Positions 21,369-30,763 of a DNA stretch of 64,000 nucleotides are shown one piece after another. Each line of letters starts with the position of its first letter. Position 1 is the stretch's first letter. The notes below the pieces were generated by a model. The model had not been told where the DNA came from, ran no database searches, and saw nothing but the letters and a program-made list of their open reading frames with translations. Position numbers and translations under genes: made by a program. The DNA comes from an uncultured Desulfosarcina sp. GTDB lineage: Bacteria > Desulfobacterota > Desulfobacteria > Desulfobacterales > Desulfosarcinaceae. The stretch is from assembly GCA_963674945.2 (NCBI GenBank), contig CAXXWQ010000004.1, forward strand, positions 448,001 to 512,000, in the 5' to 3' direction.

Positions 21369-22709
21369 TCAGCCGTGGGCCAGATTCTTCAACCGGGTCA
21401 ACGTCTCCCAGGAAAAGGCCTCGCTCCGGCATGGAAAGATGGCGTTGTTGGTGTAGATGGGGTCCGATTCCAGATCATAGCGGGAGGCGGCCACGGCGGC
21501 CGGCCACATGCGGGTGCGGGGAATGGGCGTGTAGTGGGCGATGACCGGCGTAATGCCGGCCTTTTTGACCACCCTTATGGAGTTCTCGATTCCGGCGATG
21601 TCCTGGCCGGGCAGTCCGGCCAAAAGATAGGCCCCCACCTGCCCGGGCGCGAAGCCGGCGGTCGTCAGATGCCCGACGTTTCGCAAAAACTCCCTTTCGT
21701 TCACCTTTCGATCCATGGTCCGGCGATCTTCGAAATCGGTGGTCTCCAGGCCCAGGCGAATCGTATGAAACCCGGCCCGAAACATCAGCCGTGCCAGAGG
21801 TGCCGAGATCTTTCGGATATGAAGGGCGTTGGGCGTATGAAACCGCACCGATTTCTTTTTTTCGATGACTCGTTCAAGCAGAGGAATAATATGGTCATCG
21901 GCCTGCAACAAAAGCGCGTCGTCGTAAAAGGCGAAATCGCAAACCCCGTATCTTTCGTGCCAATGGTGGATTTCGTTCACCACATTTTCGGGGCTGCGGC
22001 GCATGGCTTTGGGTTGAAGCAGGTGGGACGCGCAATAGGCACATCGGTACGGGCAACCGCGTGAGGTGAGCAGGGGGACATGGGCCAGACGGCAGGAAAG
22101 ATCCATGGCCGGCAAAGGGTACGTGTCCAGATGATCGGCGTCGAAACGAGGCGCCGTAGACCATCCGGTCATCTCCGCCACCAGGGACAGGATGGCCGGT
22201 TCCCCAGGACCGGTCACCACCCGGTCCGCACCGCAGGCCTGCCTGGCATGATCCGGGCATAAGGTCGCGTAAACACCACCCAACACCAGCGGCACATTGG
22301 GGTAAACGGATTTCACCGATTCGATGGTTTCCCGCACCCCCGGATACCAGTAGGTCATCAGGGAAGTCACCAGCACAAGGTCCGGAGGATCGAGACCTTC
22401 CAGATCCCTGCGAAACCGCCGGGGCGAGATGCCGTATCGGCAAAAATGGCGGGGAATATCGGCCAGCCCCGGCGGCTTGGGAATGATGGTTTTCAAAAAT
22501 GGGCCGCGCCCGCATCGCGCCGGCGGCCAGGGTGCCGGTTTTTCCTTGGGATGAAAGCGATCCAGGCAGTTCAGGTAGGAGATCCTGGCCCCATGTTCCC
22601 GCAAGATGCCCCCAAGTGTGAGCAATCCCAGGGGATTGGCCCAGAAATCGTAGGCGGCGAAATCGTGGATCCAGGGATTGACCAGCAGGATGTGAGGTGC
22701 GTGGTCCAT
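21369..22709 (-). CDS. B12-binding domain radical SAM protein
   Basis: TSRGCPYRCAYC, LGGVYAT, FYDD and HTPNAL. Confidence 0.9.
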   Translation of the reverse strand: MDHAPHILLVNPWIHDFAAYDFWANPLGLLTLGGILREHGARISYLNCLDRFHPKEKPAPWPPARCGRGPFLKTIIPKPPGLADIPRHFCRYGISPRRFRRDLEGLDPPDLVLVTSLMTYWYPGVRETIESVKSVYPNVPLVLGGVYATLCPDHARQACGADRVVTGPGEPAILSLVAEMTGWSTAPRFDADHLDTYPLPAMDLSCRLAHVPLLTSRGCPYRCAYCASHLLQPKAMRRSPENVVNEIHHWHERYGVCDFAFYDDALLLQADDHIIPLLERVIEKKKSVRFHTPNALHIRKISAPLARLMFRAGFHTIRLGLETTDFEDRRTMDRKVNEREFLRNVGHLTTAGFAPGQVGAYLLAGLPGQDIAGIENSIRVVKKAGITPVIAHYTPIPRTRMWPAAVAASRYDLESDPIYTNNAIFPCRSEAFSWETLTRLKNLAHG

Positions 22710-22718
22710 GGCTGCCGA

Positions 22719-23222
22719 TTATCCCGAATGCTCCTTTTCGTCGTCGTCCAGTACGTCGGGGAAATAGGTCATGGAGATCTTCTTCAGCTCACGACGGGAA
22801 AACAGCATCTTGTAGTTTTCCACACCCGCTTTTTCGGCCATTTTGGTGGCCGTTCGCCGGCAGTCCGCCTCGCTTTTGCCGTGAATCATGGTGTACAGGT
22901 TGTAGGGCCAGTCCTCCGCCGGATCCCGGCGGTAGCAGTGGGATACGGCCCGGAAACCGGCCATGATCTTTCCCACTTCTTGGATACGCTCCTCTTCCAC
23001 CTGCCAGGCGGTCATGGCATTGGCCTGGTACCCGGACTTCTGGTGACGCAATGTGGCGCCAAAGCGGCGGATGACGCCCCTTTCGGTGAGGTCTGCCAGG
23101 GTCTGGATGAAGTCCTCTTCGGAGACACCGATGCTCTCGGCCAGTCGCCGGTAGGGACGGGAAACGATGGGAATATCCCCCTGGATGGAGGCGATCACCT
23201 TTTTTTCGAGGTCGGTCAGCAT
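22719..23222 (-). CDS. ahbB: Siroheme decarboxylase beta subunit (NirDLGH/Lrp-like)
   Basis: IQGDIPIVSRPY, IRRFGATLRHQKSG, NAMTAW, VSHCYRR, WPYNLYTMIHG and LFSRRELKKISMTYF. Confidence 0.85.
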   Translation of the reverse strand: MLTDLEKKVIASIQGDIPIVSRPYRRLAESIGVSEEDFIQTLADLTERGVIRRFGATLRHQKSGYQANAMTAWQVEEERIQEVGKIMAGFRAVSHCYRRDPAEDWPYNLYTMIHGKSEADCRRTATKMAEKAGVENYKMLFSRRELKKISMTYFPDVLDDDEKEHSG

Positions 23223-23241
23223 GGTCACATTTCGATTTTCG

Positions 23242-23368
23242 GGCGGCGTCGTAAAAAGCCCGAGATCAGGGCTTGCGAGTCCCGAGGAATGAGGCGTATG
23301 GTTGGATACGTCGCAGTGACGAGGGACGAAGCATAACGCCGATATCGGGCCTTTTTACGAAGCCGTCA
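23242..23368. repeat. ~127-bp palindromic MITE/REPIN-like element
   Basis: Termini GGCGGCGTCGTAAAAAGCCCGAGATC / GATATCGGGCCTTTTTACGAAGCCGTCA, with nested GCTT..TCCC/GGGACGAAGC and CGTAT/ATACG stems. Confidence 0.8.
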
Positions 23369-24469
23369 ATATTCGGGAAAGAGGGTATGGATCTCCTTCT
23401 CACTCGCCCCGCAGATCCCCCTTTCGGTAATGAAACCGGTCACCAGCCGCGCCGGCGTGACGTCGAAGGCGAAATCGGCAGCAGGACTGGTCTCCGGGGG
23501 AACCAGCACCCGGACGACACTGCCATCATCGGCCAGTCCCTGCACATACCGGACCTCGTCCGGGCTCCGCTCCTCGATGGGGATCTGCTTCACCCCGTCG
23601 GTCATGGTCCAGTCGAAGGTGGAAGACGGCAATGCCACGTAAAAGGGGATGTCGTTGTCTTTGGCGGCCAGGGCCTTGAGATAGGTTCCGATCTTGTTGG
23701 CCACGTCACCGGTGTGGGTGGAGCGGTCGGTTCCCACGATTACTATGTCCACTCGGCCGTTCTGCATCAGATGGCCGCCGGTGTTGTCCGTGATCACCGT
23801 ATGCGGGACGCCGTGCTTTCCCAGTTCCCAGGCGGTCAGCCGCGATCCCTGATTCAACGGCCGGGTTTCGTCCACCCACACATGCAGGTTCACGCCCCGG
23901 TCGAAGGCCTCATAGACAGGTGCGGTGGCCGTGCCGTATTCGATGCAGGCCAGCCAACCGGCATTGCAATGGGTCAGCACGTTGACCGGTTCGCTCCCTT
24001 TCCTGCGCCCGATCTCCTCCAATACGGCGGCGCCATGGATGCCGATCTGGCGGCAGTTCTCCACCTCCTCTTCGGCGATGGCGGCGGCCTCTTTTCGGGC
24101 CGCATCGATGCGACCGTCCTCGGTATCGACCGCCGACAATCGCCGGAGCACCCGATCCACACCCCATGCAAGGTTGACGGCCGTTGGACGGGCGGCCTTG
24201 AGCCGTTGGCTCTCCTGGCCGATGAAAGCGTTGTGATCGGCGGATCCCTTACCATTGATAGCGGCAATCATCACTCCGTAGGCACCGGTAACACCGATGA
24301 GTGGTGCACCCCGGACGAACATCTGCTGTATTGCATGAATCACCTGGTCCACGGTGGTCAAATCGGCCACCACAAACTGATGGGGAAGCTGACGCTGGTC
24401 GATCACCTTTACCGTCATCCCATCCTTGTCCAGCCAGATGGGCCGGATCTGTTTGCCGTCGACGATCAT
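23366..24469 (-). CDS. mtnA: S-methyl-5-thioribose-1-phosphate isomerase
   Basis: IDQRQLP, VRGAPLIG, RPTAVNL, LTHCNAG, ETRPLNQGSRLT and ANKIGTY. Confidence 0.95.
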   Translation of the reverse strand: MIVDGKQIRPIWLDKDGMTVKVIDQRQLPHQFVVADLTTVDQVIHAIQQMFVRGAPLIGVTGAYGVMIAAINGKGSADHNAFIGQESQRLKAARPTAVNLAWGVDRVLRRLSAVDTEDGRIDAARKEAAAIAEEEVENCRQIGIHGAAVLEEIGRRKGSEPVNVLTHCNAGWLACIEYGTATAPVYEAFDRGVNLHVWVDETRPLNQGSRLTAWELGKHGVPHTVITDNTGGHLMQNGRVDIVIVGTDRSTHTGDVANKIGTYLKALAAKDNDIPFYVALPSSTFDWTMTDGVKQIPIEERSPDEVRYVQGLADDGSVVRVLVPPETSPAADFAFDVTPARLVTGFITERGICGASEKEIHTLFPEY

Positions 24470-24579
24470 ATCTCTTATCTCCGCAGTAGCATTGTCATAA
24501 TCGTTTCGTATGGCGAATTGGCCGAACGCCTTGCTTACCACAAATCCTCGAAATTGAAAAGAAACCCGCGACGAAGAAT

Positions 24580-24897
24580 TCAGTAGGAAATGTTACGACG
24601 CGCCATCTCCTTTCGCACCTTTTTCAGCTTCTGCTCCAGTTGCCACCCCTCCCCGCCCAGAATATATGGCATCTGGGCGACGGGTTCTTCCTGGGAAATC
24701 ATTCCCTGGCGGTCTTCCTCGACGGTTTTCGCCTGCACATCCTTGAGCCGGTCGCTGAGACCCTTGTAGCAGTCTACCAGTTCCCCATCGCTCATTTCGG
24801 ACAGCCGGCGGGCCATTGGGTCATCCGTATTGGTGGCGCACCCCACCAGCAGCACCGTCGCGAGGAAAAAGAACACCCATGAAAGACGGACGGACAT
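24580..24897 (-). CDS. Hypothetical lipoprotein
   Basis: Hydrophobic N-terminus with lipobox LVGC; start uncertain. Confidence 0.65.
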   Translation of the reverse strand: MSVRLSWVFFFLATVLLVGCATNTDDPMARRLSEMSDGELVDCYKGLSDRLKDVQAKTVEEDRQGMISQEEPVAQMPYILGGEGWQLEQKLKKVRKEMARRNISY

Positions 24898-25100
24898 GCG
24901 AACCGCCCCAGTACAATCATCCAACGATTGATTAGGTTTGTGCATTTTATTCTTTCCGGATCTTTTTAGGATTTCTCTATTCAAAACAAATCATTGATTT
25001 TTTATAAAAAGCTTTTTCCAAATTATCATTCATCGGCAAGGATAGGCAATAAACGTATCTTTTTCACGGATGTTATGATGTGCGTGTCAGGGAAAAAGCT

Positions 25101-26072
25101 TTACGTCAACTTTTCCATGGCCTCTGTGGCAGCCTCTTTCACTTCGTCATCAAAGTCCCCTGCGATTACTTCCGATAGAAAGGGCAAAATCGCCTTGTTT
25201 CCCGACTCACCCAGCACATGGAGAAGATCTCCCTTGACCGGATCCTCCCCTTTGGCAAAGGCTGCCATCAGGGGTTCGACAATCTGACCGGCCAAGTTCG
25301 GGTCTTCTTCGACCATGGTTTCATAGGCAACCATGGCACCCAGCCGAACGGACCAACGAGAGTGTGTTAGAAGTTCGATGAAAGCGGGAAATATCATTTG
25401 CCGATCGATCATCATCCGGGAGACGGCCTCGGCATTCCCCCCTTCGATCACGCCTTTGAGAGCTTCGGCGCCAAGGTGGACCGGATCCCGATCCAGCATC
25501 ACGGTAACCAGTTCGCCCACATCCACGGCACCGGTCCAACGAAACCGATCGTCCAGAATCACCGTGGGCGCACTTTGGACGCCATCCTTTTGTGCATGCT
25601 CCCGGAACATCTCCCCGTCGACGATCGTCACGCGAACCATCTCGCTGATGGCGGACAGCCCGAGCAGAGTGGATACGGTAACCGGACAAAATGGACAGTG
25701 GGGAGTAATGTATACCGTAAACAGGGCCGGAAGAAAAAGGGATTGCAGGCGGGAACGATCCTCGGGTGCGATCCGGTCGGAAAATACGTTCGGATCGCCC
25801 AATACGGCAAGAAAGGGCTCCAATTCCCGATCCAGGGGAATCGCCTGGTATTGAACCCGGCCGCCCACGAATAAGGTGGGACGAGACACCGTCGCATCAC
25901 CATCCTTTTTCATCCGAACCGTGGGCGCCAGTTCACCCATTCGCTGGACAAATTCACGAAACCGGTCATCCGATTCATCTGTGGCGGTGGCCCAGCCAAG
26001 AGATATCTCCCCCGTAACCGTCTCACCCCATTTCCTGATTTTCTCTTCGTCTTGTTTCGACAGGTCAGCCAT
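25101..26072 (-). CDS. Thioredoxin-like (AhpF N-terminal-like) protein with C-terminal HEAT repeats
   Basis: CPFC, VQSAPT cis-Pro loop; WSVRLGAM and LLHVLGESG...EVKEAA HEAT-like segments. Confidence 0.75.
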   Translation of the reverse strand: MADLSKQDEEKIRKWGETVTGEISLGWATATDESDDRFREFVQRMGELAPTVRMKKDGDATVSRPTLFVGGRVQYQAIPLDRELEPFLAVLGDPNVFSDRIAPEDRSRLQSLFLPALFTVYITPHCPFCPVTVSTLLGLSAISEMVRVTIVDGEMFREHAQKDGVQSAPTVILDDRFRWTGAVDVGELVTVMLDRDPVHLGAEALKGVIEGGNAEAVSRMMIDRQMIFPAFIELLTHSRWSVRLGAMVAYETMVEEDPNLAGQIVEPLMAAFAKGEDPVKGDLLHVLGESGNKAILPFLSEVIAGDFDDEVKEAATEAMEKLT

Positions 26073-26532
26073 CTTTATTATCCGTTTTTTTTCCGAACTG
26101 AAATTTTTCCGAAAGCAATTTTCGGGTGATGGGACTTACCGGCAGTCGCATCAGTTCATCCCTCGTGATCCAGCGGGCATCGGTGGCGTCGTCTCCGGCT
26201 CTCGGCTCACCGCTCACGTAGTCGGCCAAAAGGTCGACGATGACGTAATGAAACTTCACCGCACCATGGTCGTCGTACTCTATGGTATCGAAGACAAAAA
26301 CTGGATCACAGGCCCGAATCGTAACGCCCGTCTCTTCACGAATCTCCCGCTCCGCCGCGCATTGGAGGGTCTCACCCGCCCGGATGCTTCCTCCGGGGAT
26401 TGCCCATATTCCCTTGGCAGGCGGATTGGCGCGCCTTACCAGAAGAACCCGGTCATCCTTGAAGACCACCGCTCCCACGGCCGGGAGAGGGCGATCGGGA
26501 TATGTCCTGGAGCTATCCGTTGGATCTGACAT
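26065..26532 (-). CDS. NUDIX hydrolase (ADP-ribose pyrophosphatase-like)
   Basis: Nudix box GGSIRAGETLQCAAEREIREETG; AGDDA. Confidence 0.9.
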   Translation of the reverse strand: MSDPTDSSRTYPDRPLPAVGAVVFKDDRVLLVRRANPPAKGIWAIPGGSIRAGETLQCAAEREIREETGVTIRACDPVFVFDTIEYDDHGAVKFHYVIVDLLADYVSGEPRAGDDATDARWITRDELMRLPVSPITRKLLSEKFQFGKKTDNKDG

Positions 26533-26652
26533 GATTTCTCTACCGTCGCTGTTGGATCGAACTCGATCGGTATCACCATTTTCCCTTCGCTTCAATTTAA
26601 AACATACGGTCATTGACCTAACCATCAATTTTTGATAGCAGCAACAGTCATT

Positions 26653-26666
26653 TATGCAATTTCATA
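26653..26666. promoter_or_regulatory. Imperfect palindrome, candidate operator upstream of the acd-etf operon
   Basis: TATGCAATTTCATA (12/14 self-complementary) about 30 bp before the acd start. Confidence 0.4.
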
Positions 26667-26697
26667 TGAGATGCGTCGTTGAGATAGGATACACCCT

Positions 26698-27840
26698 ATG
26701 GACATACTTCTGGAAGATAAACATCGCGTCGTGCGTCAGTCCGTGCGGCGATTTTGTGAACGGGAACTTCGTCCCATTGCCGCGCAGATCGACCAGGAGG
26801 CACGCTTTCCATGGGAGGTTGTCGAAAAAATGGGCAAATTGGGGTATTTCGGCATCCAGGTTCCACAATCGTTAGGTGGTGCAGGTCTAGACGCCATCAG
26901 TTGCGCCATCATCATCGAAGAGATTTCCCGCGTCTGCGCCGCCATCGGTCTTTGCGTCTCCGTTCACAACAGTGTCGCCGTCAACCCCATACTCACCTTC
27001 GGAGATTCGGACCAGATCCAAAAATGGGTGCCTCCCCTGGCAAGGGGAGAAAAAATCGGCGCCTTCTGCCTCACCGAACCCAATGCAGGTTCCGATGCCG
27101 GTGGTATCGAGGCCACGGCCCTTGCAGAAGGAAACGATTATGTGGTCAACGCCAATAAGGTCTTCGTGACCAACGGCGGCGCCGCCGACATCTGCCTGAT
27201 CTTTTGTCGCACGGATCCGGAATCGGGTCACCGGGGGACCAGCGTAGTCGTGGCGGAGCGGGGAACGCCCGGTTTCGTCGTGGGAGACTTGGAGGACCTA
27301 TGCGGCTTGCGGTCCAATCCGGTCTGCTCCATCCGGTTGTACGACTGCAAAATCCCCAAGGCCAACCTGTTGGCAAAGGAGGGGATGGGCCTGAAAATCG
27401 GCCTGGATGCATTGAATTCCGGCCGCATGGGGATCGGTTCCCAGGCCGTTGGCATCGCCCAGGCCGCCCTGGAGGAGTCGGTCCGGTATGCCAAACAGCG
27501 CCACCAGTTCGGTAAACCCATCGGCGGACATCAGGCAATCCAGACCATGATCGCCGACATGGCTACCCAGCTCGACGCCGCCCGTCTGATGGTCTATCGG
27601 GCAGCGGCTTTGAAAGACAAGAAACGTCCTTTCTCCAAAGAAGCAGCCATGGCAAAGCTGTTCGCCTCCGAAACCGCTACCAGAGTGACGGATCTGGCCG
27701 TCCAGATCCACGGCGGCTACGGATACAGCAAGGCATACCCCGTGGAGCGCTACTACCGGGATGCGCGTGTCACCCGTCTCTATGAAGGGACATCGGAAAT
27801 CCAACGCGTGGTGATCGCCAAGAGCGTGTTGGACGGTTAG
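26698..27840 (+). CDS. Acyl-CoA dehydrogenase (short/branched-chain-like)
   Basis: FCLTEPNAGSDA, KVFVTNG, RHQFGKPI, QIHGGYGY and YEGTSEIQ. Confidence 0.93.
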   Translation: MDILLEDKHRVVRQSVRRFCERELRPIAAQIDQEARFPWEVVEKMGKLGYFGIQVPQSLGGAGLDAISCAIIIEEISRVCAAIGLCVSVHNSVAVNPILTFGDSDQIQKWVPPLARGEKIGAFCLTEPNAGSDAGGIEATALAEGNDYVVNANKVFVTNGGAADICLIFCRTDPESGHRGTSVVVAERGTPGFVVGDLEDLCGLRSNPVCSIRLYDCKIPKANLLAKEGMGLKIGLDALNSGRMGIGSQAVGIAQAALEESVRYAKQRHQFGKPIGGHQAIQTMIADMATQLDAARLMVYRAAALKDKKRPFSKEAAMAKLFASETATRVTDLAVQIHGGYGYSKAYPVERYYRDARVTRLYEGTSEIQRVVIAKSVLDG

Positions 27841-27875
27841 CCGTCATCGGATTCCATCGGAAAAGGAGTCATTCA

Positions 27876-28646
27876 GTGCACACCATCGTCTGTATCAAAT
27901 CCGTGGTCACCGACGCCCCCCGGGGGAAAATTGTCCGCGCGGCGGAAAATTGCGCCTTCAATCCCTTCGACCGCCCCGCCCTGGAAATTGCCCTCGAATT
28001 GAAAAAAGTCCATGGTGGATCGGTGACCGTCCTCTCCATGGGGCCGCCCACCGCCGGGGCCATCCTTCGGGAGGCATTGGCCGCCGGTGCCGATCGTGCC
28101 GTACTATTGTGCGATCCGGCATTTGCCGGTGCCGATACCCTGGCCACCGCAACGGTCCTTTGTGCGGGGGCGAAGTACCTATCGCCCTATGACCTACTGC
28201 TTTTCGGCACCCGAACATCGGACAGCGACACGGGACAGGTGGGTTCCCAGACAGGGGCGATGCTGGACATTCCCTTGGTTACCGGCATCGTTCGAATCGG
28301 GGGTACCCCTGCGAATCTGACGGTCCAGCGGGAGGTGGACGGTTTCATCGAAACCTATGAAGTAACATCCCCCGCAGCCTTCACCATCCACCCGAAAGCG
28401 GCACTTCCCAGGGAACCATCGCTGGGTGGTATCGCCAACGCATTCGACGAGATGCCCGTTGAAACCGTCGGAATCGAGCAATTGGATCTCGACGCCCGGC
28501 TTGTGGGAGAAGCCGGATCACCGACGCGGGTGTTGTCCATGAATACGATCAAACGGGATCGCAGTTGCCGATGGATCGATGGAACCCCGCCGCAACAGGC
28601 AGATGCCCTGGTGCGGCAACTGGTGGCGGAAGGCCTGATCGGCTGA
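27876..28646 (+). CDS. etfB: Electron transfer flavoprotein beta subunit
   Basis: NPFD..ALE.AL, SMGPP, AGADTLATA, DSDTGQVG and GSPTRV; GTG start with RBS. Confidence 0.9.
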   Translation: MHTIVCIKSVVTDAPRGKIVRAAENCAFNPFDRPALEIALELKKVHGGSVTVLSMGPPTAGAILREALAAGADRAVLLCDPAFAGADTLATATVLCAGAKYLSPYDLLLFGTRTSDSDTGQVGSQTGAMLDIPLVTGIVRIGGTPANLTVQREVDGFIETYEVTSPAAFTIHPKAALPREPSLGGIANAFDEMPVETVGIEQLDLDARLVGEAGSPTRVLSMNTIKRDRSCRWIDGTPPQQADALVRQLVAEGLIG

Positions 28647-28683
28647 AGATTGACGGCAAAAAAACAAACGAAAAATAGCGACC

Positions 28684-30318
28684 ATGACCGAAAAAGCAAC
28701 GAATGAAATATGGGTTTTCGGCGATCTTCGCAGCCGCGCGCTGCTGGACGATAGTTTTGCGGTGTTGACCAAGGCGAGCAACCTCTCCCGAGAAACAGGG
28801 GATCGGATTGCCATGTTCATGTTAACGCCGAAAAGGACCGCATGGTTGACCGCTTCCGAGAATGATAGCTGCGTGATCGAAAAAGAGGCGGCACAAGAAG
28901 CTTTCGCATGGGGCGCAGATGTCGTGTATCTCCTGGAAAACGAACGTTTCGCATCACCGACCGCACATCATTTTTCCGCCGCCGTGGCAAAAATCGTTCA
29001 GGAGAGATCACCCCGGCTGGTGCTTTTTCCTCTCACCGATTTTGGACGCGACGTCGCCTCCCGTGCCGCCGCCATCGCAAGGGCCGGGCTGATGGCGGAC
29101 TGCGTCGAACTCAAGGTTGGCAGTGATGGAGACATCGTTGGAAGATGTCCGGCCTGGGGAGGAGAGATCATGGCTGAAATCGGCTACGTTCCTGGTCACG
29201 GCACCGGTTTCGCCACCGTTCATCCTGTCGGCACTGCCGGTACTGCAGGTGAGAAGGATGAGGGGAAAAAGGGACGGATAGAAAGCATCCCCGTGGCCGA
29301 CCTTCCCACGGGAAACGGCATCCAAATGGTCTCGAGCAAACCGGTTTCGACCAAAGACAGCGATCTGGAAAATGCCAGGACTGTAGTGGTTGGTGGCGCC
29401 GGCTTGGGCAGTATGGAAAAATTCGGTCAGGTCCGGCAACTGGCCGCCGTCCTTGCTGGTGAGGTGGCAGCAACCCGCCCGCCGGTTCTCAACCACTGGG
29501 TCGCCGAAGATCGCTTGATCGGACAGACCGGTAAAACGATCCACCCCGACCTTCTCATCTCCATAGGCACATCCGGTGCCATCCAGTACACCGCCGGCAT
29601 CATGGAGTCGGGCACCATCGTTGCCATCAACCGGGACCCGGCAGCACCAATCTTCCGCCTGGCCGATGTGGGTGTCGTGGCTGACGCCCCTTCCTTCATT
29701 CCCCTTCTCATCACTCGCATCCGGCAGGCTGTTATGCGAAGACTCGCAGACGATGTGTGCGCGGACATTCCCGCTGCTGTAAAGGAGAGTGGGTTCGGCG
29801 ACAAGATCAAGACCCTGAGGGAAGCCCAGGGATGGTCGGTGGAACACCTGGCCGAAGCCACGGGCCAAACGCCGGAATTCATCGCCGACGTAGAGGAGGG
29901 AAAGCTCTCGCCACCGGTTGCATTTCTTCTGCGCCTGTCAACTGCCTATGGTGTGGATCCGGGAACGTTCTTGAAAGACGAAGAGAAAGAGCAGATCCGG
30001 GATCAGCGTGCCCAGGCATACGTCAACCGTACACGCAACTACTCCTACCAGACGTTGACCTCCGGCGCCGAGCATGACCACCTCCGCGCATTCATGATTA
30101 CCATAGAGCCTCACCATGACCACAAACCGGTGGCGTACAAACACGAAGGAGAAGAGTTCATCTTCGTCATGGAGGGGGAACTGGAACTTACATTGGGCAA
30201 CAAAGTGAATCATCTGAAAAGCGGGGAATCCATCCATTTCCATTCCAACATTCCCCACAAACTCAAGAGCCTGACATCTCAAATCACGCGTTGCCTTGTC
30301 ATCTTGTACACGATCTGA
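28684..30318 (+). CDS. etfA: Electron transfer flavoprotein alpha subunit fused to XRE HTH and cupin domains
   Basis: IGQTGKTIHP, IGTSGAIQY and AINRDPAAPIF, followed in frame by IKTLREAQGWSVEHLAE (XRE) and YKHEGEEFIFVMEG...PH (cupin). Confidence 0.88.
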   Translation: MTEKATNEIWVFGDLRSRALLDDSFAVLTKASNLSRETGDRIAMFMLTPKRTAWLTASENDSCVIEKEAAQEAFAWGADVVYLLENERFASPTAHHFSAAVAKIVQERSPRLVLFPLTDFGRDVASRAAAIARAGLMADCVELKVGSDGDIVGRCPAWGGEIMAEIGYVPGHGTGFATVHPVGTAGTAGEKDEGKKGRIESIPVADLPTGNGIQMVSSKPVSTKDSDLENARTVVVGGAGLGSMEKFGQVRQLAAVLAGEVAATRPPVLNHWVAEDRLIGQTGKTIHPDLLISIGTSGAIQYTAGIMESGTIVAINRDPAAPIFRLADVGVVADAPSFIPLLITRIRQAVMRRLADDVCADIPAAVKESGFGDKIKTLREAQGWSVEHLAEATGQTPEFIADVEEGKLSPPVAFLLRLSTAYGVDPGTFLKDEEKEQIRDQRAQAYVNRTRNYSYQTLTSGAEHDHLRAFMITIEPHHDHKPVAYKHEGEEFIFVMEGELELTLGNKVNHLKSGESIHFHSNIPHKLKSLTSQITRCLVILYTI

Positions 30319-30320
30319 AG

Positions 30321-30755
30321 ATGAACGAAAAGACGAGACCCTATATCGGCGTTGCCGTCATCGTCATCAGAGACGGACGGGTACTTCTGGGGAAACGAAA
30401 GAATGCCCATGGCGCGGGAACCTGGCAATTTCCCGGCGGGCATCTTGAATTTGGAGAGTCCATCGAGGATTGCGCCAAGCGTGAGCTTTTTGAAGAGACC
30501 GGACTGACCATCGGTCGCCTGAGGCGAGGTCCGTACACCAACGACATCTTTACGGCCGAAGACAAACATTATGTAACGCTGTTCGTCATCGCCGATGAAA
30601 CCGACGGGGACCCGACGGTCCGAGAACCGAACAAGTGCGAACGATGGGAGTGGTTTCGGTGGTCAAAAATGCCGACACCTCATTTTCTACCCATTGTCAA
30701 TCTCCTCGCCCAAGGATTCTCCATCGAAGCCCGTACCATACCCCGGAGAAAGTGA
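30321..30755 (+). CDS. NUDIX hydrolase (NUDT15/MTH2-like)
   Basis: PGGHLEFGESIEDCAKRELFEETG, KHYVTLF and EPNKCERWEWF. Confidence 0.9.
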   Translation: MNEKTRPYIGVAVIVIRDGRVLLGKRKNAHGAGTWQFPGGHLEFGESIEDCAKRELFEETGLTIGRLRRGPYTNDIFTAEDKHYVTLFVIADETDGDPTVREPNKCERWEWFRWSKMPTPHFLPIVNLLAQGFSIEARTIPRRK

Positions 30756-30763
30756 GATCGTCC

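Noticed and set aside
23273..24586. 437-aa plus-strand ORF
   Set aside because: Antisense shadow of mtnA with no recognisable motifs; typical of GC-rich codon bias.
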